The notes below the pieces were generated by a model. It saw only the letters and a program-made list of their open reading frames with translations, was not told the origin of the DNA and did not search any database. The position numbers and the translations under genes were made by a program. Below, piece after piece: positions 46,101 to 55,805 of a stretch of 64,000 nucleotides of DNA; the first letter of the stretch is position 1; the number at the start of each line of letters is the position of its first letter. The stretch comes from a virus: IMG/VR virus record IMGVR_UViG_3300029240_000001. One strand, written 5' to 3'.

Positions 46101-47292
46101 CCTCACTTTGTTACTATTTCCACTAAAGGAAATGGGTAGGTCATTTCTGCCTACCTCTGCAATTTCATTATTAGATTATAGTTGCAGGTCAGATCATCTC
46201 TTCATCTTAATAAGATGTCCACCATACGCATAACCGTTACCGATTACGCTGTGATCGTTACAGGACTTAAAACATTTAATATAATATTCTCAACTTCATT
46301 TGGCCTAGATGTATATGGGATATATAAAATGCCAATATTCTTGCTATGGCAATATTCTTTTTTAATTTTGTCTCTGTATACTCTATTCTCATAAGCCTCT
46401 TCGCCACCAAAAAAATCAATTGGCTCAAAATGCTGTTTTCCTTGATATTCTATTACCATATGATAATCTGGCAAATAAAAATCAAATGGAAGTGGCAAAA
46501 TATTTCTGCAGTCATCCCATGTAAATTCTCGCTCAAATTTGATATTATATTTTTTTAGAATGGTTTCTACTAAAATTTCCCCCGAGCTAGATGACTGACA
46601 CCCACAGCTAATAGTGCATCCCCCAACTAAATCTGAAACAGACGCCAATACTTCATTTCCACAATCACATTCACATCTCCATAGTCGTTTATAATTACCC
46701 GGACTACCTTTCCGTTTTACATATTCTTTTGCCACCAACATGCCAAATCTTTGATTTGTTAAATTATAAGCTATAGAATCATAATATTGCTTAACTAAAC
46801 ATCCACAACTAGAAACTCTTCCTCTAATAAGATCTCCGGAAGAACATTTTATATTTCCTCCACACTCACATTCGCAATACCACATAATACAACCATTAGA
46901 TGCTCTTTTGTCCAATTTGTATTTAACAATAAGTTTGCCAAATTGTTTCCCAGCCAAATCTTTTTCTTTTCCTTTATTTAATGAACCACTCGCCGTTTTT
47001 GTGCTACCGTTTCTTAATGCATCTAATCGAACTACTACTACAACACCATTTTCATTTATACATTCGCAATATGTGTGTTTTCCTCCATTATATCCATACA
47101 ACATTTTTGTTACCACTAGTTCTCCATATTGTTCTCCAACAATATTTATTCGTCTTGGCATTTTATCACCTCCTATTCATATAATTTATATTAAATGTTT
47201 TACATTACCCACGGGATTGTCCATCTCTGGAGTTTCCCCGTTTTAAGATGGATGTTTACCTATATGTCGCCATACAGGGGGCCTATTAATTA
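46101..47292 (-). mobile_element. Group I-like intron (1192 nt) carrying a homing-endonuclease ORF, in the tape-measure gene
   Basis: Follows the exonic U of ...AGGCU. P1 candidate GGCU|...GGCC. Starts UAAUUAAUAG and ends ...AAAGUGAGG. The non-ORF parts (131 + 143 nt) align with the 313-nt intron. Confidence 0.75.
46244..47161 (-). CDS. Intron-encoded homing endonuclease: three CxCxC...(S)CGC zinc modules + C-terminal PD-(D/E)XK (Vsr/DUF559-like) nuclease
   Basis: Own SD (AGGAGGTG). Repeats GxxFGxLxV...WxCECxCG...SCGC. C-terminus LPFDFYLPDYHMVIEYQGKQHF...KDKIKKEYC resembles the D...E-x-K/Q restriction-endonuclease-like core. Confidence 0.7.
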   Translation of the reverse strand: MPRRINIVGEQYGELVVTKMLYGYNGGKHTYCECINENGVVVVVRLDALRNGSTKTASGSLNKGKEKDLAGKQFGKLIVKYKLDKRASNGCIMWYCECECGGNIKCSSGDLIRGRVSSCGCLVKQYYDSIAYNLTNQRFGMLVAKEYVKRKGSPGNYKRLWRCECDCGNEVLASVSDLVGGCTISCGCQSSSSGEILVETILKKYNIKFEREFTWDDCRNILPLPFDFYLPDYHMVIEYQGKQHFEPIDFFGGEEAYENRVYRDKIKKEYCHSKNIGILYIPYTSRPNEVENIILNVLSPVTITA

Positions 47293-50200
47293 AGCCTTGC
47301 GAAATCTGCTGTAGCATTAGTAAAATCTTTAACGGTAGAGCCGATCTGCCCAGCAGTTTTAGACGCATCTTGTAAGAATCTCTTATAAGTTTCATCAGTT
47401 TCATCGGTAACTTTCTTTAATTCTGTTAACGCTGCGTCAATTTCTCTTACATATGTAATACCTTGCTTAATTTGAGCAACAGTTTTATACACCATATTTG
47501 CGCCAGTAAAGTATGTAAGAATTTCACCAGACTTTTTCTTAACATTGCTAAAGAAAGAGCCAAGCGTACTACTTGCTTTGCCCATATTCTTAGCGGAAGC
47601 ATTAATAGCATTTCCCGCTTGATTAAACGATGCAGTTAGTTTTTCTACTTCGCCATTGCCATTCTTTATTGTAAAAGTAACCTTGGAATAGTTGTCAGCG
47701 AATTGAATAGATTTTTTATCTAGCCCATCAAAAGAATTAGCAAATGCTTCTAATTCACTTCTTCTGCTTGCTTCGTCGCCAATATCAAAGCCATCAGAGA
47801 CCGAACGAGTGATATTACCAACTTTGTTTTTCATCTCTTCGGACTTCTTAATGATATTTTCAATTGCTTTGCCATATTTATTAAATGACTCAACTGCACT
47901 ATCAAACTCTGCGGCCTTTTGCTTACCCAAATCTGAAGTGATGTCTATGTTTGCAAGCTCTTTTTGCAGTGTAATTATTCTTTGATATGCTTGCTCGTAT
48001 TGCTGTAATTGAGTAGTAAGCCCGGAGGCATTGGCATAGCCTTTGCTATTAACGCTATTAATTAACCCAGTATGCTTTGTTTCGACTTGTCCGACAACAT
48101 CTGCCCCATATGAGGTATTGCTTTGCTTTGCTGAGTCCTTCTTTACCTTTGCGTACTGTTCAAAATCGCTCATGAGCTGCTTTGTCGCAGCACTCAACCT
48201 TTGCATATCATCTTCTGACACTTTACCAAAGGCTTCTTCAGACTTTGTTAACTCTTGAATCTCCTTTGACAGAGCTTCATATCTACTCTTTAACTGTCCA
48301 AGATCACTATTTTTATCTACGAAGACTTCCGTATCAATTTTCCTAAAAGCAGAAGATAGCTTTTGATTTGCATCTATTAATGTCTTATAATTATCTAATT
48401 CTTTGTAACCGCCGCCAGAGTTTTCAGAACTGCCAGTTGAAGACGTTTTCTTCTTCGACTCTTTCTTTGCAACTGTTCCATTTCCAAGTGATTCAGCAGT
48501 TTTATCCGCGCTATCTTTTACATTTTGGTTCGCATTAGCAAAATCATTTTTAGCTTGAGTGGCGGATGCAAAAGCTTCACTAGCCTCTCTAGCCTTTTCT
48601 ATTTCTTTTTCTATAGCAACCGCAGAAGCTTCCGCACTTTCCTTAACTCTTGCATTAGCTTCAACAAATTGATTTTTTTGTTCCGTTGCAGCCGCAAATG
48701 ATTCCTGTACACCACTATCACTAGTTACTTCTGGTGCGATTGCTGCAGGTTCTCCTGTGCTTTGACCACTAGCAACCTCCTCAGTTGCTGCCTTCGAAAT
48801 CTTCGACACATCGCTCTGATTTTGTTTTTCTTTTTCTTTTGTAATTTGCTGTTGTATTGCCAATTGCTGTTTTGTTTCTTCATTTTGCTGCTTCTCTACT
48901 GTTAGCTCTTGCTCTGCAGCCTCTGTCCCTTTTTGCTTCGTTTCTGTCGCACTGCCTAATTCTGCTTTTGCTTCAGCAAGCTTGGTTTTTAATTCATCAA
49001 TTACAGAAGACAAATTTTCAATTTTTGCTCTATATTCATCTACGACATCATTTGAAGTCATATTATCGACTTCGCTCATCGGGACAGAATTATCTAGAGC
49101 ATTTTGGATGTCGTAATAACCATTCTTCCACGAATCTAAAGCACCTTCCATACGAAGGATTTCTTCTTCCAATTCTTGTACTTGTTTTTGTGCCGCGTCA
49201 AGCTCGGAAGCGTCAACAGGATTTGTCGGAATAGCATTTAGTTTTTCTTTAAGAGCGGCAATTTCTTGCATAAGCTCTTTTTCTTTTTCAAGCTGCGCGG
49301 TTTGATTGTCTGTTTGATTAGACTGAGTTGAAGGTTGCCCAGACTGAATCTGATTAAGCTTTTCTTGCGCGGTAGTCTCTTCGTTGATAGCCTCAGTAGT
49401 TTTTTGATGAGACTCTGCTGCTTGCGCCTCGATTTCCTTAATTCTAGCTACGCTTTGATTCCAAGCATTAGTAGAATCAATTTCTCCACTCTCGAACGAG
49501 CTAAAAATATCTTTAAACTTGTCCCAATCGGCGGTGTGCGATGGATTCAATGTTGCCAATAAACTTTTTAATTTTTCAATTGGTGCAACAGAATTTTCTC
49601 CATTCTTTTGTATTTCGGCCAAATAAGATGACAGCTCTGGTAGCTGTTCCATTGTATATGTCTTAACAGTCGAAGCCAACCCATTGTCTGTAAACGCCTT
49701 ATCTAATGCTTGATTAACTTTTTCGTTAAACGCAGCAATTAACTGTTCATACGAAATACCAGCTTGTGCCGCTTTTTCTTCTGCTCCTTTTATTAATCCA
49801 ACTTCCCCGTCATTATATTCCATGAGAGGAAATTCTTTTGTAGCTGCTTTTAAATTTTGAGAGTAAGATTCTCCAATTTTGATGGCCATTTCTTTAGAAA
49901 TGCCAGTAAAATCAATTGTTTTAACAACACCATCTGCAATGATACCATTGATTTTTGTACCTTGGTCATAAAACAACTTGGTAAATGAATTAATATCCGA
50001 CGGCGTAAATGCACTCATTCCATCTGGGTGATTGTGCAAAGACATTACGATATTTTCTTTTAGATTATTGACAAGTTGTGATACTATCGCATCTGTATCT
50101 ACCTGAAAATCCTTCCCGGAAAAAGAGCTTACTACTTTGTCCGCTCCAAAAAGCGTCATAGACTCTTTTGCGTCGCCGCTACCTTTTGAATAACCAACCT

Positions 50201-51662
50201 CTTGCCTAGACGCAAGATTTAATAATTCTTGCAGCTCTCCAGCTACACCGCCAACTTCCTTTGCACTTTTTTGCGCGGCCATAGGAATTTCAACATTAAG
50301 TAATTCACAGATTTTAGAAAGTGCCTCGTCTCCGGTAATATCTCCAAAGTCTAAATCCTCAAATATTTGGTCAATGGAAGCTCCAGCTTTTTTTGATGCC
50401 TGAGAAATTTCTTTAATCTCATCGACCAGTGCGATTAATTTATCAGCGTTTTGATTGTCTTCATCTACATCTGCGCTTGACGACAACGAAACATATTCCT
50501 TAACTCTTTTATTTAACTCGTCATATAAAGAAATCTTTTTTTCTTCCGAAGCAATCTCTTCATTTTCTACAAAAGTATTTGAATTACCAATATCTTTAAG
50601 ATTGTTTATTTCAGAATTGATATCTGCGATTTTTTGTTGATACTCGCTCTTGATTTTGTCAAGCATAGCGCTATGACGTTTATAAACATATTCTAGGTCG
50701 TCGGCATACATATTGTTTATATTAGTGCCGATCCATGTCATTCCCGGTGATAATATCCCATTATTACGCGCATTTATTCCATTATTTATTGTATTCTTTA
50801 ATTTTGTTGCAATCTCTAGATATTGCAATAAAGTATTTTTATATGATTCATCATCAGTCTTAATTGGGGAAATTTCATCTAATGTAGCCTTTAATTCTCT
50901 TGCTTGGCTCGCTAAAGATTTTAATTCATCATCTGCGGTTGCCTTTTTGAGCCCAGTTACTTTTAATTTACTTTTGTTCGGAAACAATAAATTTAAAGTG
51001 TTTTGATACTCTGTCTTTTTATCGTTAAGATCATCAATTTGCTGTTGTATCTCGGTGGAAATTTTGTTGCCAGTTTCTTTTATGTTATTAACAGCTTCAT
51101 CTCCAGCAGACTTAATACTATCTCCAACTTTAGACAGATCAATCTCGCCAAATGCGATATTTAATTTACCATTTAGCTCGCTGGCATATTGGATTAATGC
51201 ATCAAACTGTTCTTCAACACTTTTAGTGTTAAAAAGGTCTAAGTCAATTTGTTTATCAATGCCAACGTTCTTGAGAATGGTATTTAACTGCTCTGCGTAG
51301 CTCGATAATTCTTTTGTCGCACCTTTGTCCTTTAAATTAATACCGCTAAAACCTGTAAAAACATTTTTGGACAACTCTGAAATCTGAGACATCTGTTCAA
51401 CCATTTTGTCAAAAGACTTCATATATCCGCTATTGAGCTTATCTCCAAGACCTGCTTTGACGGAATCCAAATCTTTCCTAAGTGCCTTAACAGCATCGTC
51501 CATAGCGACAAACTGCTTAATAAAGTTATTAAGATTGCCACGCTTGCCAATGTTTGCTAAAACTCCATCTACCTGCTCTGCTTGAGTCTTACACGCGACA
51601 AGACTGCTCATAAGATCATCAATACTATATTTAATTTTCGAAGTATAACTCGCTTCTGCCAA
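47293..51662 (-). CDS. Tail tape-measure protein, exon 1 (1456 codons + 2 nt)
   Basis: TTG at 51662, 8 nt after AGGAGG (the track uses GTG at 51671). Long coiled coils, an internal LHNHPDGMSAFTPSD motif, and ends ...ELKKVTDETDETYKRFLQDASKTAGQIGSTVKDFTNATADFARL, the start of the TMP core domain. Confidence 0.75.
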
Positions 51663-51679
51663 AAGAATCACCTCCTACT

Positions 51680-52237
51680 TTATAAATATACTTTTAGCAA
51701 TTGAGCTATTATTTTTTGAAAATTATCTTCAAAATATCGACTGCCGTAATTGTTAATAAAATCTTTCAAAAATTCATCGGGAATTTCTCTGCCAACAGTT
51801 TCGCCATACATATATTCGCCATCTTTAAAATATGTCCATGGGTGTTCGCCTTGTAAGAAGTTCTCGAAGACATAATCGCCTTCAACTTGGCCACCACTTT
51901 CCCAAGAGCCACCGCCTTGGTGTTTACTTGAGTTACTATGGTATGCACCTTCCAACGGAGCAGAATTCATATCAATATTTGTTGTTAGAGTAAATGTTCT
52001 TCCTCTTTTCTTTAAATCAGAATTTACTTTATAAATATCATACAAATTATGTTGTCTCCCATACTTTGTATAAGCTCCATTTTTGTATTCATAATATTTG
52101 TCTACTGCTGTTTTTGCTGCGTCATTAAAATCTTTTTCTGCTTGCATTCTACATATGTTTCCTGCAATTTCACTAACAGTTTCGACATTATCTATTAGTT
52201 TTTGTATAGCATCGCCTAATGTTTTTTCTGCGGCCAT
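51680..52237 (-). CDS. Hypothetical protein immediately upstream of the tape-measure gene
   Basis: 185 aa with its own RBS (TAGGAG) and ATG. Confidence 0.5.
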   Translation of the reverse strand: MAAEKTLGDAIQKLIDNVETVSEIAGNICRMQAEKDFNDAAKTAVDKYYEYKNGAYTKYGRQHNLYDIYKVNSDLKKRGRTFTLTTNIDMNSAPLEGAYHSNSSKHQGGGSWESGGQVEGDYVFENFLQGEHPWTYFKDGEYMYGETVGREIPDEFLKDFINNYGSRYFEDNFQKIIAQLLKVYL

Positions 52238-52261
52238 ATGCCATCAACTCCTATAAAATAA

Positions 52262-52798
52262 TTATTTTAATTTATCAAGTGTACTTAAAAGCTCATCAAT
52301 ATCTGCACCTTCTGGAAGGATGCTATTGATATCGAAACCATCAACCTTCTTGGCAAGAGCATCTGCTAAAGTTGTCAGGCTTGAACTAATTCCATTAGCC
52401 ATCTGTGCAAATGAAGCCTCAATTGAATTCTGACGCATTAATTTCTTTTCTTCATAATGCAGCACTTCCTCGACATGGTTATAATCCTTTCTGCACAGTT
52501 GCTCAACTGTATCTAAAATATCATTGCTGCACAGTATGTCATACTCCTTTAGCAGCGTTTCAAAATCTTCGCTAATCTCTACGCCTGTGTAGGCATTGAA
52601 CGCAAACATAGAAAAATAAATATTTTTTTCAAAATCGTCCACATAGAAATAGCCATTATTGTTCGCAGAACATTTTTCTAAAGTACGTAATGCAATATCA
52701 TGTTTAGTCTGAATTGGAATATACCAAACCTTAATCATATCTGCTGCATTGTTGAACTGTCCTTCTTTAACTTTTTTAACAAATGTATTAACCTTCAT
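52262..52798 (-). CDS. Hypothetical protein (position compatible with a tail assembly chaperone)
   Basis: 178 aa, RBS GGAGGAACAA. Assignment is by synteny only. Confidence 0.4.
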   Translation of the reverse strand: MKVNTFVKKVKEGQFNNAADMIKVWYIPIQTKHDIALRTLEKCSANNNGYFYVDDFEKNIYFSMFAFNAYTGVEISEDFETLLKEYDILCSNDILDTVEQLCRKDYNHVEEVLHYEEKKLMRQNSIEASFAQMANGISSSLTTLADALAKKVDGFDINSILPEGADIDELLSTLDKLK

Positions 52799-52863
52799 AA
52801 TTGTTCCTCCATAATTTAAAAATTTTTATATATTAAATAATAATTTGTTATTAATTTTCATAT

Positions 52864-53364
52864 TTAATCTTCGCCCCAAACTTCTTCGTTGGCGAAATTA
52901 TAAATTTTATGCGCCGCAACTCCTATGCAAATTGCTTCACATTCATCTTCTGATAAATCAAGACCAAAATTTTCTTTTACATAATCAATACTCTGTTGCT
53001 TAAGCTCTTGGCGTTTTACTTTCGCCCCCTGAGAATATCCTAATGCTTTGCGCCATTGGCTTGGCAACAAAATATGCACATTGACATTATGAGCTTCCGC
53101 ATAACCAATTATCATACCAGCCAATCTTGCCAAAATTATCATAGTCGCTGGGTTCGATTGTTGTTGCACATTTTCTAGAACAAGTTTCTCTGGTTTAGAC
53201 TTTTTAATAACCTTCCAAAGTTCTTTCGCCATTTCAAAAGATCTTTTATCTGTTTCTAATTTGCTCTTGTTCATATCAACAACGCCAGATTCTATATATT
53301 GACCGTTTTCAAATATGGCATAACCAGAACGACGTGTGCTTTGATCAAAACTTATGACACGCAT
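52864..53364 (-). CDS. RuvC-like Holliday junction resolvase
   Basis: VISFDQSTRRSGYAIF (catalytic Asp), LVLENVQ (Glu) and C-terminal EDECEAICIG acidic residues. Confidence 0.8.
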   Translation of the reverse strand: MRVISFDQSTRRSGYAIFENGQYIESGVVDMNKSKLETDKRSFEMAKELWKVIKKSKPEKLVLENVQQQSNPATMIILARLAGMIIGYAEAHNVNVHILLPSQWRKALGYSQGAKVKRQELKQQSIDYVKENFGLDLSEDECEAICIGVAAHKIYNFANEEVWGED

Positions 53365-53409
53365 AACAATTCCTCCTTTCCGAGAGATTCATATTTGCAC
53401 TAATTTTAA

Positions 53410-53440
53410 ATATAAAAAGAAGAAACCATGTGGCTTCTCC
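53410..53440 (-). terminator. Intrinsic terminator after the lysis cassette
   Basis: Minus strand: GGAGAAGCC-ACAU-GGUUUCUUC stem (with G-U pairs) followed by UUUUUAUAUUU. Confidence 0.55.
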
Positions 53441-53469
53441 TTTAAACTACGATATACAATTTTTTGTTA

Positions 53470-54417
53470 TTACCTGTATAGAGCATCTACTCTGTTTTGT
53501 ACTATTTGATAGTCATATCCCGCTGCTTCAAGGCGTGCTTGACGTTCTAAACCATTTCCCCATTCGCCTCGATATACCTCCAATACAATTTCATCTAATG
53601 TTTTACCTGAAGCAACAACTGATTCAGTATTTGGAACAAGAATCTTTTGTCCTATATAAATAACATTAGGATCAGAAATTCCATTGTAGGAAGCAAGTTG
53701 TTGATATGTAATGCCATATTTTGTGGCAATGTCAGAAAGAGTGTCACCAGATTTTACAGTATAAACTGTTTCTGTTTGACTTTGCGAAAAAGTTAATCCA
53801 TTTTTACCAGCTTCTCTAATCAATGCAGGATAATCAAAATAAGAAATGTTCATATCAACGCATCCAGAAATACCATTGACAATTCCAGAACTAGAATACT
53901 GCCAAATTCCATAGTCCTTGTGATACTGACATTCAGAATTATATTGAGCAATCCATCTTGCCTTAGTGTCATACCAAGAATCAGTCAGATATGCCTCATT
54001 CCAATATAAATTGGCATAAATACCAACCCAATAACCAGCGTCTTCTAAAATGCCAACAAATTTTTTAGACATTTGAAGAATTAAATCTTGACTACATTTC
54101 CCAGTAGTATTAACGTCTTCTAAATCATAATAAACGGGATATTCAAGTTTACGACCTTTTATCAATCTAAGTACATGTGTTGCTTCCGAAGCAGCTTTTT
54201 CTACTGTATCTGCATAACTGTACAGATACACACCATAAGGTATACCAACTCTTTCGCATTCTAAAGCATTCCTTTTAAACCAAATATCATCTTGTTCTTC
54301 TAAGTTCATTCCATAGCCACAGCGAAGAATTGCAAAATCAATTTCATCCTTTTTTACTGCATCCCAATCAATTTGTCCTTGCCATTCGCTCACATCAACA
54401 CCTTTTAATTTTTTCAT
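53470..54417 (-). CDS. Endolysin: GH25 muramidase + LysM + CW_7 (Cpl-7-like) domain
   Basis: GVDVSEWQG...DFAILR GH25 N-terminus. LysM: [31 protein letters not shown]_7-like: [31 protein letters not shown]. Confidence 0.85.
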   Translation of the reverse strand: MKKLKGVDVSEWQGQIDWDAVKKDEIDFAILRCGYGMNLEEQDDIWFKRNALECERVGIPYGVYLYSYADTVEKAASEATHVLRLIKGRKLEYPVYYDLEDVNTTGKCSQDLILQMSKKFVGILEDAGYWVGIYANLYWNEAYLTDSWYDTKARWIAQYNSECQYHKDYGIWQYSSSGIVNGISGCVDMNISYFDYPALIREAGKNGLTFSQSQTETVYTVKSGDTLSDIATKYGITYQQLASYNGISDPNVIYIGQKILVPNTESVVASGKTLDEIVLEVYRGEWGNGLERQARLEAAGYDYQIVQNRVDALYR

Positions 54418-54439
54418 ATTATCCCTCCTTTTTATTCAT

Positions 54440-54472
54440 AAAAAATGAGGGAGTGTATTGCTGCACTCCCTC
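54440..54472 (-). terminator. Intrinsic terminator between the two endolysin genes
   Basis: GAGGGAGTG / CACTCCCTC 9-bp stem. On the minus strand it is followed by ATTTTTT. Confidence 0.65.
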
Positions 54473-54512
54473 GCCCATATAACTACTTCATATAGGCTAT
54501 TTGTTTATAAAA

Positions 54513-55439
54513 TTAATTCTCTTTATTGTCCGTACTATGATTAGAATCAAACATTCTCTGACAGACAACCAACATGCGCAGCATATCATATGATATATCT
54601 AGTTTGCCATTACCAGTGCCAGCAATTGCACCAATGTCGATTAAATGCTGCACAGTATCACGCGCCCAAGATGGAATATCTTCAATTGTCTCATAATGCT
54701 TATTGCATGCATCAAACATATGCTTCATGACATACAGCATACGTATCATATCAGCAGACAAATCAAGATTGCCTCCACCAGTGCCAGAAATTAAACCTTC
54801 ATCAATCATTTCGCTAATAGTTCCTCTTGCCCAGCTAGGAATATCATCAATAGTATTGTATCTCATTACGTCTTCCTCCTCTTCATCATTTCCATTATTT
54901 TTGTTCATGGCCTCATATACATCCTGACGGAACCCGTCCATAGTGTAACCCATGCCATATGTATTCCACAGAAGTTCTGGATCCGCATGGTTGCTGGCCA
55001 CACCTCTACGATGACCTTCTGCATGACCAATAATCACACCGTCTTCCAGTGGATTAAGCACATAAGTGTTGCAAAGCTGTGCGAATAATTCCACGGCTGT
55101 GTGATATGTCCCCGCAATCTGTTCAGCAGCTTCCGCATAACTCATTCCAGAGCTAGGTTCCGTCATTTCGATGCCGATATGGGTATTATTTGCAGCGCCA
55201 CCGCAGTGCCATGCTCTCATCAACCAAGGCAATGTCTGATATACAGAGCCATCTGCCTGTATAAATGCATGTACGCAAACTGATTGACCACCCGGCTGAT
55301 ACTGGTTAAAGTTACGAGCAAACACCGCAGCACTAGGCTGTGGACATCCAACGCTATGCAACATCAAACCACTTGGAGTAAATGTTGAACCAATCTTATA
55401 ACATTTATTTTGTGTCGCAAACGCTTCAATAATTTCCAT
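54513..55439 (-). CDS. Endolysin: N-acetylmuramoyl-L-alanine amidase (Amidase_2/PGRP type) with two C-terminal ~55-aa wall-binding-like repeats
   Basis: LMLHSVG...VHAFI...AWHCGGAANNTHIGIEM. Duplicated I(D/E)DIPSWAR.T....ID.G.I.GTG.G.LD.S.DM.RML segments (SLH-like). Confidence 0.85.
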   Translation of the reverse strand: MEIIEAFATQNKCYKIGSTFTPSGLMLHSVGCPQPSAAVFARNFNQYQPGGQSVCVHAFIQADGSVYQTLPWLMRAWHCGGAANNTHIGIEMTEPSSGMSYAEAAEQIAGTYHTAVELFAQLCNTYVLNPLEDGVIIGHAEGHRRGVASNHADPELLWNTYGMGYTMDGFRQDVYEAMNKNNGNDEEEEDVMRYNTIDDIPSWARGTISEMIDEGLISGTGGGNLDLSADMIRMLYVMKHMFDACNKHYETIEDIPSWARDTVQHLIDIGAIAGTGNGKLDISYDMLRMLVVCQRMFDSNHSTDNKEN

Positions 55440-55457
55440 TTAAATCACCTCAATATA

Positions 55458-55742
55458 TTACTTTCCGCCTTTAACTCTTTCAATAATTTCGGAGACAGCA
55501 GAGCTGCCAGACATCAATGCAAGAGCAGTAATCACAGTGCCAATCGTAGAGCTTTCTTGCACAAGACCAAGTGCCAAAATAATATCAACGCCAAAACCAA
55601 ATGCAATGGCGAATGCGAACACTGCAGAAACAGCCATAGTGATATACTTGCCATACTTTGTGCCTTCCCACATTTCCTTAAAGCGATCAATAATATACCA
55701 CATAATAATTGATAAAGAGATAATTAGAGTTAACATTTCCAT
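55458..55742 (-). CDS. Holin
   Basis: 94 aa with 2-3 hydrophobic helices and a charged C-terminus, directly upstream of the endolysins. Confidence 0.7.
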   Translation of the reverse strand: MEMLTLIISLSIIMWYIIDRFKEMWEGTKYGKYITMAVSAVFAFAIAFGFGVDIILALGLVQESSTIGTVITALALMSGSSAVSEIIERVKGGK

Positions 55743-55805
55743 AATTTATTCCTCCTATAAATTTAAAATTTTTAATTGCCAAATAGTATTCCAATGATAA
55801 AGATA

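Noticed and set aside
45460-47292. Inteins as the explanation for the interrupted tape-measure gene
   Set aside because: Both interruptions begin with in-frame stop codons and no frame runs continuously from exon to exon. No Cys/Ser...His-Asn intein junction motifs are present. RNA-level features (U at the 5' splice site, terminal G, co-varying helices) fit introns instead.
37768-51300. Numerous plus-strand ORFs of 60-142 aa overlapping the tape-measure gene (e.g. 40694-41785 with reiterated ...TVSVKN..., 48857-49234, 50713-51006)
   Set aside because: They are antisense shadows of a long, repeat-rich minus-strand gene. They have no RBSs and low-complexity translations, and their periodicity simply mirrors the FFTET repeats of the TMP.
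51680-52798. Programmed -1 frameshift between the two ORFs upstream of the TMP (gpG/gpGT-type chaperone)
   Set aside because: The two ORFs do not overlap (24-nt gap), and the second has its own SD and ATG. No slippery heptamer was seen at the junction.
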